48,876 bases of DNA, taken from assembly GCA_041694835.1 (NCBI GenBank), contig JBGFRZ010000012.1, positions 1-48,876 on the forward strand, given 5' to 3'. This document shows, in pieces, positions 29,782 through 40,054 of this stretch. Origin of the DNA: Ignavibacteria bacterium (GTDB taxonomy: Bacteria; Elusimicrobiota; Endomicrobiia; PHAN01). The first letter of the stretch is position 1. Each line of letters opens with the position of its first letter. The translations under genes and the position numbers were made by a program. Under the pieces are notes generated by a model. The model ran no database searches. It was not told the DNA's origin and saw only the letters and a list, made by a program, of their open reading frames with translations.

Positions 29782-30299
29782 ATAATCCTTTTCAACCAGG
29801 CATAAATTCTCGTCACTTTCTTTATATAATTTCTCGTTTCGTTGTACGGTATATCGTCGATTTTTAAGTCGTCGGAGGCTTTCTTTTTCCATGCGATCGT
29901 CTTTGTTTTCCCGGCGTTATATGCGGAAAGAAGTTCCACATCTGTAATCATTTTTTGCTTCTTTAGTATACTCAAATAATAGACGCCGACCCGAATATTC
30001 ACATCCGGTTTTTTAAGCAGAGTTATATCGTCGCCCAAATTCAGTTCACTCCTGAGATCTTTGAAAGTTGTAGGTAAAATCTGCATAAGACCCATTGCCC
30101 CCTTATGGGATTTCGCATGTGGGATGAAACTTGATTCGGCATATATAATCGAAAGGACAAGCCTGTGGTCCACGCCGTACATCTCCGAGTATTTTCTGAC
30201 GCTCTCGTAGTAAATAACCGATTTTATTATACCGGACAGGTTAATGAAAAAGACGAACAAAACCAAAGTGGTGATTAGAATTTTATACTTTAATTTCAT
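29778..30299 (-). CDS. Lytic transglycosylase (SLT domain)
   Basis: AESSF, GAMGLMQ, AYNAG, ETRNY. Confidence 0.9.
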   Translation of the reverse strand: MKLKYKILITTLVLFVFFINLSGIIKSVIYYESVRKYSEMYGVDHRLVLSIIYAESSFIPHAKSHKGAMGLMQILPTTFKDLRSELNLGDDITLLKKPDVNIRVGVYYLSILKKQKMITDVELLSAYNAGKTKTIAWKKKASDDLKIDDIPYNETRNYIKKVTRIYAWLKRII

Positions 30300-31366
30300 T
30301 CTGTGATTTTCAGCGATTTTTGGAGTCTTAAAACTTCCGAAAGCCTTTTTTCTTTTTCCGATAGATGGACGCTGTCTTCCAGCCCGCTTGCCGATGTTTG
30401 CTCTCTCACAGAGTATTTGAAGCCGAAGATGTTTGAGTAGCCGATATCCTTTATCATCAAGAGGGTTTCAGCGAAGTCCTCTTCGGTTTCCATCGGAAAA
30501 CCAACAATGATATCCGTCGAAATCTCTGCGGATGGTATCGCCACCCTGATTTTATCGACGAGATTCTTGTATGAGTCTTTCGTATATCCCCTATTCATAA
30601 GTTTGAGTATCCTGTCCGAGCCTGATTGAAGCGGTAGATGAAAGTGTTTTTCTATTTTTGGATTTTCTGCGACGACTTTTATTATTTTGTCTGACATATC
30701 CTTCGGGTGATTCGTGAGAAATCCGACGCTTCTGATTTTTTCGATTCCGCAAACTTCTTCAAGAAGTTCAGCGAAATCGCAGCCATCATATTCGTACGAA
30801 TTTACATTTTGGCCGAGGAGAACGACTCTATCAATGCCGCTGTCGGCTTTTTTTTTCACTTCATAAATTATATCTTTAACGGGCAAGTGTCTTACTTCCC
30901 CTCTAACGTAAGGAACTATGCAATAGGAGCAGTAGTTTGAGCATCCACGGCTTATTGTAACGAAATCCGATCGACCGGACGAGATGCCGCCGTATTCGTC
31001 ATTTGAATTAAAAAATTCACTTAGATGCTTCCGAAAGTCGTCCATATCCTTCGCTCCCAGCAAAAGATCGACATAAGGAAATCTATTTTTTAATTCGCAC
31101 TTCAGACGTTCTGCAACGCAGCCAGCCACGATAATCCTTAAATTTTTATTTTTTGCTTTTATCTTTTTCAAGGTTCCTATGAAAGAAAGCGCCCTGTCTT
31201 CAGCGTGCTGTCTCACCGTGCAGGTATTGACGACTATAACATCTGCATCTTCAGGATTTTCACAAGCAGAATAGCCATTGCTGTCAAAATAACCCGCAAT
31301 AAAATCCGAATCGGCCACATTCATCTGACATCCGAAAGTTTTGATAAAAAATTTTTTGCTGTCCAT
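30296..31366 (-). CDS. miaB: MiaB-like radical SAM methylthiotransferase (no TRAM domain)
   Basis: TFGCQMN, NTCTVR, GCVA, CSNYCSYC, LLGQNVN, HLPLQSGS. Confidence 0.85.
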   Translation of the reverse strand: MDSKKFFIKTFGCQMNVADSDFIAGYFDSNGYSACENPEDADVIVVNTCTVRQHAEDRALSFIGTLKKIKAKNKNLRIIVAGCVAERLKCELKNRFPYVDLLLGAKDMDDFRKHLSEFFNSNDEYGGISSGRSDFVTISRGCSNYCSYCIVPYVRGEVRHLPVKDIIYEVKKKADSGIDRVVLLGQNVNSYEYDGCDFAELLEEVCGIEKIRSVGFLTNHPKDMSDKIIKVVAENPKIEKHFHLPLQSGSDRILKLMNRGYTKDSYKNLVDKIRVAIPSAEISTDIIVGFPMETEEDFAETLLMIKDIGYSNIFGFKYSVREQTSASGLEDSVHLSEKEKRLSEVLRLQKSLKITE

Positions 31367-31534
31367 TTCCCGGAACTTGAAATATAGTCGCTTTAATTAT
31401 ATCAAATGATGTTGTAATGCAAAAAATGAAAATCACAAAAGATGGAGAGATATCTGAAGAGAAAAAAAGGAAAGTAGCGAAAAAACAGAATACAGAAGCG
31501 GGTAAAACAAATAGCGCATTTTGGTTCGTCAGAT

Positions 31535-31845
31535 TGTAGCCGCATCGCTCTCCCTATCCACTGGAGTTTACCCCGTACTTTGATACGGGGCAAGGACAAG
31601 TTTCACGAGGACAGGCTTTGCGATGCTATTCCCCTCTAAAAAGAGGGGTTGGGGGTGTGTTGTCGCACAACAAGTTGGGTGCGGCTACAACCAAAAAATC
31701 GCTCATGCAAAAGAACAACTATTTGTGAGACGGAGCACTATACCGCACTGGATAAACTCCGAAAAAAAGTTCACAGAGTTGTTTCTCATCCTACCCCTTA
31801 ACTCCTGTTGTTCTCTGTGTCCATCTGTGTTTATCTGTGGTTCCA
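31535..31845. repeat. Nested REP-like palindromes
   Basis: TGTAGCCGCA...TGCGGCTACA (31535-31689) encloses CCCCGTA/TACGGGG and CCCCTCT/AGAGGGG hairpins; an ATCTGTGTTTATCTGTGGTT arm lies near 31824-31842. Confidence 0.65.
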
Positions 31846-31870
31846 AAATTATTTGTGGCGATTTTTTATT

Positions 31871-33022
31871 TCAAAAAAAATTCTCTTTCACATATTTTGC
31901 AATCGGAAGCGACGCTGTCAATCCCGGCGAGTCAATCCCTATCAAATGAATGCAGTTGGGACAAATGTCATCTCTCTTGATGACAAAGTCATCGTAATCC
32001 TTGAGTTTTGCCCGATTGCCCGCATAATCGATTTGCAAATCTTCCATTTTTATATTCGGGAAAAATCTTACAATGTCTTCATAAAAATACTCGGGACCAC
32101 GACGGCCGGTTTCATAATCATGTTTGTCTTTGACCGGAATTGAAGTGGGCCCCACGGAAACAGAGCTTCCTATGACTTGTTTGTTATCTTTAAGTTCGAA
32201 TTTTGGTGTGAGATGTATTCCGATTCCAAGATACATTTTCCCGTCTATGTAAAAGGGTTCCTGCACTTGATAAACATTCATTCCGTTGAGTTTTATGTCG
32301 TCTCTTTTGCTTGAATCGAATCTGTAATACTCTCCTCTCAAAGGAGTTATATGGTAAGGATTCTTCGGATTTATCATAGATGCGATTTCGTCGGAATAGA
32401 GTCCCGCGGCGTTTATTAAAATCTCTGTTTCAAACAACTCTGTTCCACCTCGCAGATTTTGAACATGGACTATAAATGAGTCATTTCTTGGTTCAATTTT
32501 AACAACCTTCGACTCTTTGATAATTTCCGCTCCCGACTCCTTCGCCAATCTGGCAAGCGTATTTATATAGGCAGGAACATCCATTATTCCGCTTGACGGC
32601 ACAAACAGAGCGCTTACAGCCTCGACATTCGGTTCGAGTTTTTTTATTTCATCCCGGTATATTTTTCTTAATCCCTCAACACCGTTTGCTTTTGCTCTTT
32701 GAAAATAATAATCAATTTTTTGAGTTTTTTCCTCATCTACGGCGACGATGATTTTTTTGGTGTTAGCGCATGCAATGTCATATTTGGCGCAAAAATCATA
32801 GAGCATTTTATTTCCGCCGACGCAGAGTTTTGATTTGAGCGAACCTTCGGCATAATAAATTCCGGCATGAATAACGCACGAACTCCTGCCTGATTGCTCG
32901 TCGCCCAAAAACGGATTTTTTTCAAACAGAAAGACGCCCTCTTTGCCGTTTTTAGATAATTCCCATGCTATAGCAAGGCCTATAACACCACCGCCAACGA
33001 TAGTTATCGGGATTTTTTCCAT
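31871..33022 (-). CDS. FAD-dependent oxidoreductase, L-2-hydroxyglutarate oxidase-like
   Basis: GGGVIG, VIHAGIYY, INAAGL, RGEY, GIHLT, GIDSPGLTAS. Confidence 0.85.
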   Translation of the reverse strand: MEKIPITIVGGGVIGLAIAWELSKNGKEGVFLFEKNPFLGDEQSGRSSCVIHAGIYYAEGSLKSKLCVGGNKMLYDFCAKYDIACANTKKIIVAVDEEKTQKIDYYFQRAKANGVEGLRKIYRDEIKKLEPNVEAVSALFVPSSGIMDVPAYINTLARLAKESGAEIIKESKVVKIEPRNDSFIVHVQNLRGGTELFETEILINAAGLYSDEIASMINPKNPYHITPLRGEYYRFDSSKRDDIKLNGMNVYQVQEPFYIDGKMYLGIGIHLTPKFELKDNKQVIGSSVSVGPTSIPVKDKHDYETGRRGPEYFYEDIVRFFPNIKMEDLQIDYAGNRAKLKDYDDFVIKRDDICPNCIHLIGIDSPGLTASLPIAKYVKENFF

Positions 33023-33100
33023 AAAGTATAATACTCTCTAACAAAGCGCTATACTTTATCAAATTTTTCAGAGTTTACACAAATTTTATATACTGATTGT

Positions 33101-33496
33101 ATGGAAATAAAAATTTATTACGAAGACACCGACGCCGGCGGGGTTGTTTACTACGCAAACTATCTCAAATACTTCGAGCGCGCAAGAACCGAGTTTATGG
33201 CTTCAAAAGGAATCGATGTAGCCAAATTAGCCGAAAGAGGCATTCATTTCGTAGTTGTAAGTGCAGAAATATATTATAAAAAACCAGCGAGACTCGGTGA
33301 GACAATAACAGTGATGACAAAAATAGTGGAGATGGGTAAAGTAAGTTTTACTTTTGGATATAAGGCCATCAATAAAAAATCCAGTGTTCTCATTGTCGAA
33401 GGAAAAACCAAACTTGTCTGCGTCAACAACGAATTAAAACCCGCCAGAATTCCTGCCGGAATATTTGAAAAAATCGCCTCCGCGCCTGAAAATTAA
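33101..33496 (+). CDS. ybgC: YbgC/YbaW-family acyl-CoA thioesterase
   Basis: YYEDTDAGGVVYYANYLKYFERARTE. Confidence 0.88.
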   Translation: MEIKIYYEDTDAGGVVYYANYLKYFERARTEFMASKGIDVAKLAERGIHFVVVSAEIYYKKPARLGETITVMTKIVEMGKVSFTFGYKAINKKSSVLIVEGKTKLVCVNNELKPARIPAGIFEKIASAPEN

Positions 33497-33512
33497 TTGC
33501 CGTCCACATCTA

Positions 33513-33929
33513 TTATTCACCAATAATTTTTATCAACACCTTTTTTGGTCTTCTGCCGTCGAACTCGCCGTAAAAAATCTGCTCCCACGGACCAAAATCC
33601 AGTTTTCCCCCGGTAATTGCCACAACCACTTCGCGGCCCATAATTGTTCTTTTCAAGTGAGAGTCGCCGTTGTCTTCGCCCGTAAGGTTGTGGCGATATT
33701 TTTCGGGAGCATACGGAGCGAGTTTTTCAAGCCAATCAGAAAAATCTTTGTGAAGTCCCGATTCGTCGTCATTTATAAAAACAGACGCTGTAATATGCAT
33801 CGCATTGACAAGACAAAGGCCTTCTTTGACGCCGCTTTTTTTCAACGCATCTTCGACCTGCGGCGTTATGTTTATGAACTCCCGCCGATTTTTCGTGTTG
33901 AAGGTAATTACTTCTCTAAATGATTTCAT
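33513..33929 (-). CDS. yjbQ: YjbQ (UPF0047) family protein
   Basis: [28 protein letters not shown]. Confidence 0.88.
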   Translation of the reverse strand: MKSFREVITFNTKNRREFINITPQVEDALKKSGVKEGLCLVNAMHITASVFINDDESGLHKDFSDWLEKLAPYAPEKYRHNLTGEDNGDSHLKRTIMGREVVVAITGGKLDFGPWEQIFYGEFDGRRPKKVLIKIIGE

Positions 33930-34000
33930 TATTTTTACACATCAGAGAAAAAAGATTTTTAAGCAATTGCTTAAAAATGAGGCAGCGCGACAGAACACCA

Positions 34001-34054
34001 GTATCGGCGGGGTTGCTATCCCGCAAATCGTCGCATAGCAATGCGACCGCTACA
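34001..34054. repeat. GTAG-type REP doublet
   Basis: Inverted pair GTATCG-GCGGGG-TTGCTA-TCCCGC and (reverse complement) TGTAGCG-GTCGCA-TTGCTA-TGCGAC. Confidence 0.72.
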
Positions 34055-34110
34055 ATACACAGATTAGCACCGCAAGACGATGATGCTACATTGCTATCCC
34101 CTACCTACTA

Positions 34111-34277
34111 CTCTGTGACATTAGTTTTTGATATTTTACAGGTGTTCGATTTTTTAACTTGCCAACTTTGCTTCCTATTTACTTCTCTTGTAAATCCCCC
34201 TGCTTCGTTTCCCCCTTTATTAAAGGGGGAGTAAGGGGGATTTGTTCCTGACACTATCGAGAAATTCTGTCACAGAG
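34111..34277. mobile_element. MITE-like element with CTCTGTGACA termini and an internal CCCCCTTT/AAAGGGGG hairpin
   Basis: Perfect 10-bp IR at 34111-34120 / 34268-34277 with imperfect extension; inner double hairpin at ~34192-34243. Confidence 0.6.
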
Positions 34278-34296
34278 CACTACTATCTAATATCTG

Positions 34297-36174
34297 CTAT
34301 CTCTCCACCACCATCTTGCCGACTTTTACTTGTCCGTCTGCCCGAATTCTATAGAGATAAATTCCCGGCGCCACGGGTGAGTGGGATTCGTCTCTCCCGT
34401 CCCAGTCGTATTCGTAGACCCATTTATTATCCGTAGAACCGCCGGCGGCAGACATTCTTACCGAGAGTGAATTTTTTTCTATATTTTTGATTCTGTCGCC
34501 TGAAATATTGTAAATAGCAAGATTTAAAGAAGTGGGGGGTCTTGTCATCTGAAAATTGATTGTCGTCATAACTCCTGGACGCGGATGAAAATAATTTCTT
34601 CCAGCGGGATTTGGATAATTTACGGATTTTAAGAGCGCAAGAGTTGGGGCAGCAAGAATTCTGTCAATAGAAAATGATGCGTACAAAGTAAATAATTCAA
34701 AACCGCCGACAGTGATGCCCGAAAGTTTTCCGTTATAAGCGTCTGACTGTGGAGAAGCAAATACCCCCTTTTGGCCGGGCCAGGGATCTGTTGAATCACC
34801 GTAATTTGCAGACGGATCTGAGTTATCGGCTTCCTCCAAATCAACCCGCTTTATTGCATAGTTGTTCACATCATTATTTGCTATCGTTCCAATAGAGTCG
34901 TTAATGTGCCATATCAGAACACCGCTACCCGGAAGTCCTTTATCATAAAAAGAGGCATCACTTCTTCTATATTCTACAAGAAAATACTCGTTTGCTGGAT
35001 TGTCGGCGGTCGGTATCGGTATTCTGATGACATCCGAAGAATTTGAGACCACATTGATTGAATGATTTCCGGTCGTCACTTCTAGCGGCGCAACCCAGCC
35101 AAGAAGTTGCTTGCACCATGCACTCGGATGAGACGGATTAGTGCCATTATTTGCCCAAGTGCCCATATCCATAAGACACCATACACCCACCTGCGAAGGC
35201 ATTTTTCTTCCGTCAGTCGCGTATAAATCAGGCAATCCCAACTGATGCCCCATCTCGTGGCAATATACACCGAACGGCGAAGCATTTCTTTGGAATTCAG
35301 GAACTAAAAAACCTTCCGTAAATCCGTTAACCGCAGGGGACCAAACATAAAATGCAGAATGAATATCACCATTATTAGTTGTTGACTCATTCCCAAGGCC
35401 GGCACGGGCAACCATAACACCGTCAAAATTCAACTTATTAATACCGGCTTTTGTGATGGCTTCTCTTATCAGTACATCTCCCCTCTCCGGATCGCCGTAA
35501 AATTCCATCGCGTTATCGGCCATAAATGCTGAAGGCACGGGGAAGGTGGAAGGGAAGTAAGAAAATTGCAAATCCAACGTGTTATATGATACTTCTTTAT
35601 AGAACCGCCGCATGGCGGCGATGTAACCGATAATGTTGGTATAATTTTGTATTGTTGGCGAGCCACTTGTAGTTGTGCCAGCGGATGGAAAATTCATAAA
35701 AACGACCGCTATTCTTTGAACCCCGACTGCACCGATGGCTTTTTGTATTTTTTCAGGAGCGTAACCGAGTGCCCTTAAACGTTGGGCTTCTTGTGCTCTT
35801 TGGCTGACACCGTCGACAGGCTGGCCGGGAATTCGTCTGCCTGATATATGCGGAGCGGCGTGTAGTGGACAGCAAATAGCAAATAGCGAATAGCAAATAG
35901 CGAATAGCAAATAGCGAATAGAAGATAGAGATGAGAGATGAGAGGTGAGAGAATAGCGTATAGAGAATAGAGGATAGGGGAGAAGGAATTGAATAAAAAT
36001 TTCCATTCCCTGACCTCTCTCCTCTCGTCTCTGTCCTCTGACCTCTGTCCTCTCGTCTCTACCCTCTGTTCCCTGTCCTCTGTCCTCCGACTTGTGCTCT
36101 TGTGCCCTTGTGCACTTGTGCACTTGCCCTCGTCCCTCTATCGCTCTGATTTTCTTACATTTATTTATGCTCAT
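34297..36174 (-). CDS. Secreted M6-family (immune inhibitor A-like) metalloprotease with C-terminal FlgD/T9SS-like Ig domain
   Basis: HEMGHQLGLPDLY, WCLM, GVLIWH, NYPNP...IYNISG...WDGRD...GIYLYRI. The N-terminus is encoded by repeats; alternative start at 36006. Confidence 0.85.
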   Translation of the reverse strand: MSINKCKKIRAIEGRGQVHKCTRAQEHKSEDRGQGTEGRDERTEVRGQRREERGQGMEIFIQFLLPYPLFSIRYSLTSHLSSLSSIRYLLFAICYSLFAICCPLHAAPHISGRRIPGQPVDGVSQRAQEAQRLRALGYAPEKIQKAIGAVGVQRIAVVFMNFPSAGTTTSGSPTIQNYTNIIGYIAAMRRFYKEVSYNTLDLQFSYFPSTFPVPSAFMADNAMEFYGDPERGDVLIREAITKAGINKLNFDGVMVARAGLGNESTTNNGDIHSAFYVWSPAVNGFTEGFLVPEFQRNASPFGVYCHEMGHQLGLPDLYATDGRKMPSQVGVWCLMDMGTWANNGTNPSHPSAWCKQLLGWVAPLEVTTGNHSINVVSNSSDVIRIPIPTADNPANEYFLVEYRRSDASFYDKGLPGSGVLIWHINDSIGTIANNDVNNYAIKRVDLEEADNSDPSANYGDSTDPWPGQKGVFASPQSDAYNGKLSGITVGGFELFTLYASFSIDRILAAPTLALLKSVNYPNPAGRNYFHPRPGVMTTINFQMTRPPTSLNLAIYNISGDRIKNIEKNSLSVRMSAAGGSTDNKWVYEYDWDGRDESHSPVAPGIYLYRIRADGQVKVGKMVVER

Positions 36175-36358
36175 TTATAATCAAACGAAATCGGTTGAAA
36201 AACATACCAAATTCTCGTGTGGATTGCCTCCCCAAATAAATTCTGGAGGCACGGCATTGAAATGTCGTCTACCCCGCGAGGTGCGGAGTAAATCAGCAAC
36301 TACAACACCGACCACCAACCACTATTTGCTATTCGCTATTTGCTATTTGCTATTTGCT
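35870..36358. repeat. Composite 7/8-mer inverted tandem-repeat element
   Basis: (AAATAGC/GAATAGC)n and (GATGAGA)n at 35870-35985; (CTCTGTC)n and (CTTGTGCN)n at 36010-36140; complementary (GCTATTT)n at 36320-36358. Confidence 0.85.
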
Positions 36359-37956
36359 TAAAAGTTCAACGAGAGCGTCATAGAAGCCATCGCGCGAGAA
36401 GGGATTGCCCTGCCACCTTCTATAAGAACCCTGTCAGCAGAAATCGCACCACCGAGTTCAAAGACAAAATGAAACAGATTCAATCCTAAACCTGCTGTAT
36501 ATGTCAGGGGGCTGTGTTGAACGGCGAAGTTTTTGAGCATACCGGCTCTCAATGCGAGATTGAGCCGCGGCCTGTTAAATACGTTAAATTCATTCCCCAG
36601 AGAGACATTGCGAGCGGCGTGACCTTCGACGGCTGTTTTATTTTCGGTAATATCAATATCAGATGCTATCAACCACCAGTTGAACGGCCTAATCGCCGCT
36701 CCAAGACGCAGTTGTGGTTCGACGACATAATTTGCATAACCGGCATCTTTTGCAGCCGTCGGTTGAGTGAAACTCGGCGAGTTTATGTTTTTTGCAAGTA
36801 GTCCGAAGCGGGGTTTAAGAGGTATTTTTTCGCCAATCCACAGAACTCCTAAATCAAGTCCAAAATTTGCCGACTGACTTACATGTTTTTTAAACACAGT
36901 GTCCATACCATTGAAATCCAATGTCTGTTCTTTCAACAAATACTGCCTCATGAAAGCCACATACGCGAGCATATATTTGACATTAACCCCGAAATATATT
37001 GAATTAAAAAGAGGTTTGTCGGAAATAAAAGAAAGCGAACGGCCGTGGCTGAGCGTAAACTCCGTAATAGCAACGCCGCTGATAGTAAGGTTAGAGTTAT
37101 TTTTCACAAATACATTGCCGCTTAATATGTCCATAATTAACTGTTTAGCGTCGACTATCTGATTTACTGCGTTTATAATTTCTGAATCTCGAGCCCCTTG
37201 TCCCCGGGCATAGTTGATAAGAGCGTTTGCAATATGTTCAGGTGTAAATGTTCCGAGTGAAACCCCCGCCGCCGAATCAAGGGCGTCTATCACCTTTGCC
37301 AACTCCCTGCTTTGAGTTTCAAGTCCCGACGGCGCTGTTGTAGTAGACAATGCAACAAGTCCTGACAAATCTATCCCACCCGAGCCGCCGCCAGAAGTAT
37401 AATAAACTCCGTGCATCCGCGGCGCATTGGAAAATGTTCCCGTGCCTAAATACAGATTTGTAAGGTCGATATAAGGACTTACACCTATAGAAGTGAAGTT
37501 GTTGACGGTAAAAGCCCACCTTCCAACTCTTGTGTTGAGACCGCCGGCAACTTCAGCCAGGAGACCCTTGCCCTTTCCTTCCATCTCCTTCAAATTTTTT
37601 AGCGCAGCCGAAAATGCTTTAATCTGATGGAGGTCTATGTATCCGCCTTCTTTCTGTGCTTTCATTACTTTTTCGATGTTTGTTAACGAATCGCCTACCT
37701 TTTGGGCAGAATGCAGAATATTCCCCGTCGCTTCGAGATTGGCATTGAACGGAATTTGCAAATCAAATCCCTTCTGAAGTCCCAAAGCGGCCGGGTTCCA
37801 ATGGGGAGCGAGAGCGTCGTCTGCGACGGCAACAAACGCTCCGCCCATTCCAAGCGGCCTTGTTCCGAGTACATTGAAAGACCTGGCGTAAAGACAGAGA
37901 GTGAGAAAGTGAGAGAGTAAGAGAGTGAGAAAAATCAAACCCGAAATATTTTTCAT
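36358..37956 (-). CDS. TraF-like / FadL-PorV-like outer membrane beta-barrel protein
   Basis: GTRPLGMGGAFVA..D..WNPAAL N-terminal motif, GLDLG, KNINSP, terminal Phe. Confidence 0.72.
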   Translation of the reverse strand: MKNISGLIFLTLLLSHFLTLCLYARSFNVLGTRPLGMGGAFVAVADDALAPHWNPAALGLQKGFDLQIPFNANLEATGNILHSAQKVGDSLTNIEKVMKAQKEGGYIDLHQIKAFSAALKNLKEMEGKGKGLLAEVAGGLNTRVGRWAFTVNNFTSIGVSPYIDLTNLYLGTGTFSNAPRMHGVYYTSGGGSGGIDLSGLVALSTTTAPSGLETQSRELAKVIDALDSAAGVSLGTFTPEHIANALINYARGQGARDSEIINAVNQIVDAKQLIMDILSGNVFVKNNSNLTISGVAITEFTLSHGRSLSFISDKPLFNSIYFGVNVKYMLAYVAFMRQYLLKEQTLDFNGMDTVFKKHVSQSANFGLDLGVLWIGEKIPLKPRFGLLAKNINSPSFTQPTAAKDAGYANYVVEPQLRLGAAIRPFNWWLIASDIDITENKTAVEGHAARNVSLGNEFNVFNRPRLNLALRAGMLKNFAVQHSPLTYTAGLGLNLFHFVFELGGAISADRVLIEGGRAIPSRAMASMTLSLNF

Positions 37957-38318
37957 GTTTTCCGCCTCTGGGCTTCAATTAACCCATTTAATAGACGATG
38001 AACATCGTTAACTTTATCTAGTGTTTTATTTGTATCCTCAGCAGATATAAAACTTAACTTTCTACTTACTTCTATTTGACTATCAATTTCACTTAATGAC
38101 CCACGAGCTATATAGAAAAACTGTATTTTTTCTTTACTACACTGCCGAGCACATCCTTCGGCAATATTGGAACTAACCGATATAACTGCCCGACGAATCT
38201 GCAGAATTAACCCGTATTTTTCTGTCTCAGGAAATTTTTTGGTCAATTCATATATTTCTTTGGCTAATTCAACAGATTTTTGCCAAACTAATAAATTCTT
38301 GTGTGGTCTTTCGCTCAT
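37953..38318 (-). CDS. Four-helix-bundle protein (23S rRNA IVP / Avd-like family)
   Basis: HKNLLVWQKS, FPETEKYGL..QIRRA..SVSSNIAEG, ARGSLSE. Confidence 0.9.
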   Translation of the reverse strand: MSERPHKNLLVWQKSVELAKEIYELTKKFPETEKYGLILQIRRAVISVSSNIAEGCARQCSKEKIQFFYIARGSLSEIDSQIEVSRKLSFISAEDTNKTLDKVNDVHRLLNGLIEAQRRKT

Positions 38319-38357
38319 TCTCTTTTCTCTTACTCTCTTTTCTCTTACTCTCTGCCT

Positions 38358-39671
<1,314 letters not shown>

Positions 39672-39692
39672 TTAATCGCTTAATCGCATAAG

Positions 39693-40016
39693 TCATAAGG
39701 ATTTGTAGAACTTCCATAATATTTTTCCGACTTCCGTATGTAAACTATACAATTTAGCATGTTCCCCAATCGTAAGGTACTTTAATCTTAAAGAAAAATC
39801 CAAAAGATATTCCGTCTCCGCTAATGAACCCAAGGCGATATTGATGAACTGCCTTAACTCGTTTCTGTGTTGCCTTCCATATCCTTCTACTATGTTAGTA
39901 GGTATGGATAAAACCGCCCTTCTTACTTGAGATGTAATTCCGTAGATTTCTTCTTTCGGAAACTTTTTTGTCGCTAAATAAATTTGATATGCTAACTCGT
40001 TTGCTTTTTGCCACAC
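39693..40016 (-). CDS. Four-helix-bundle protein (23S rRNA IVP / Avd-like family)
   Basis: (GYKKLL)VWQKA, FPKEEIYGITSQVRRA..SIPTNIVEG, ALGSLAE. The frame continues to 40034 without an ATG. Confidence 0.88.
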   Translation of the reverse strand: MWQKANELAYQIYLATKKFPKEEIYGITSQVRRAVLSIPTNIVEGYGRQHRNELRQFINIALGSLAETEYLLDFSLRLKYLTIGEHAKLYSLHTEVGKILWKFYKSL

Positions 40017-40054
40017 GAGTAGTTTTTTATATCCCCTCCCTGTGCTCTTGTGCT

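Noticed and set aside
29782-29892. Long N-terminal extensions in the ORF track for mutS (also ahcY, the epimerase, recA, the response regulator)
   Set aside because: They overlap upstream genes or repeats; downstream ATGs with an RBS or ATGA coupling fit the family N-termini better.
36358-37956. Conjugative element implied by the TraF-like annotation
   Set aside because: No relaxase, VirB4, coupling protein or integrase nearby; the gene sits among housekeeping genes.
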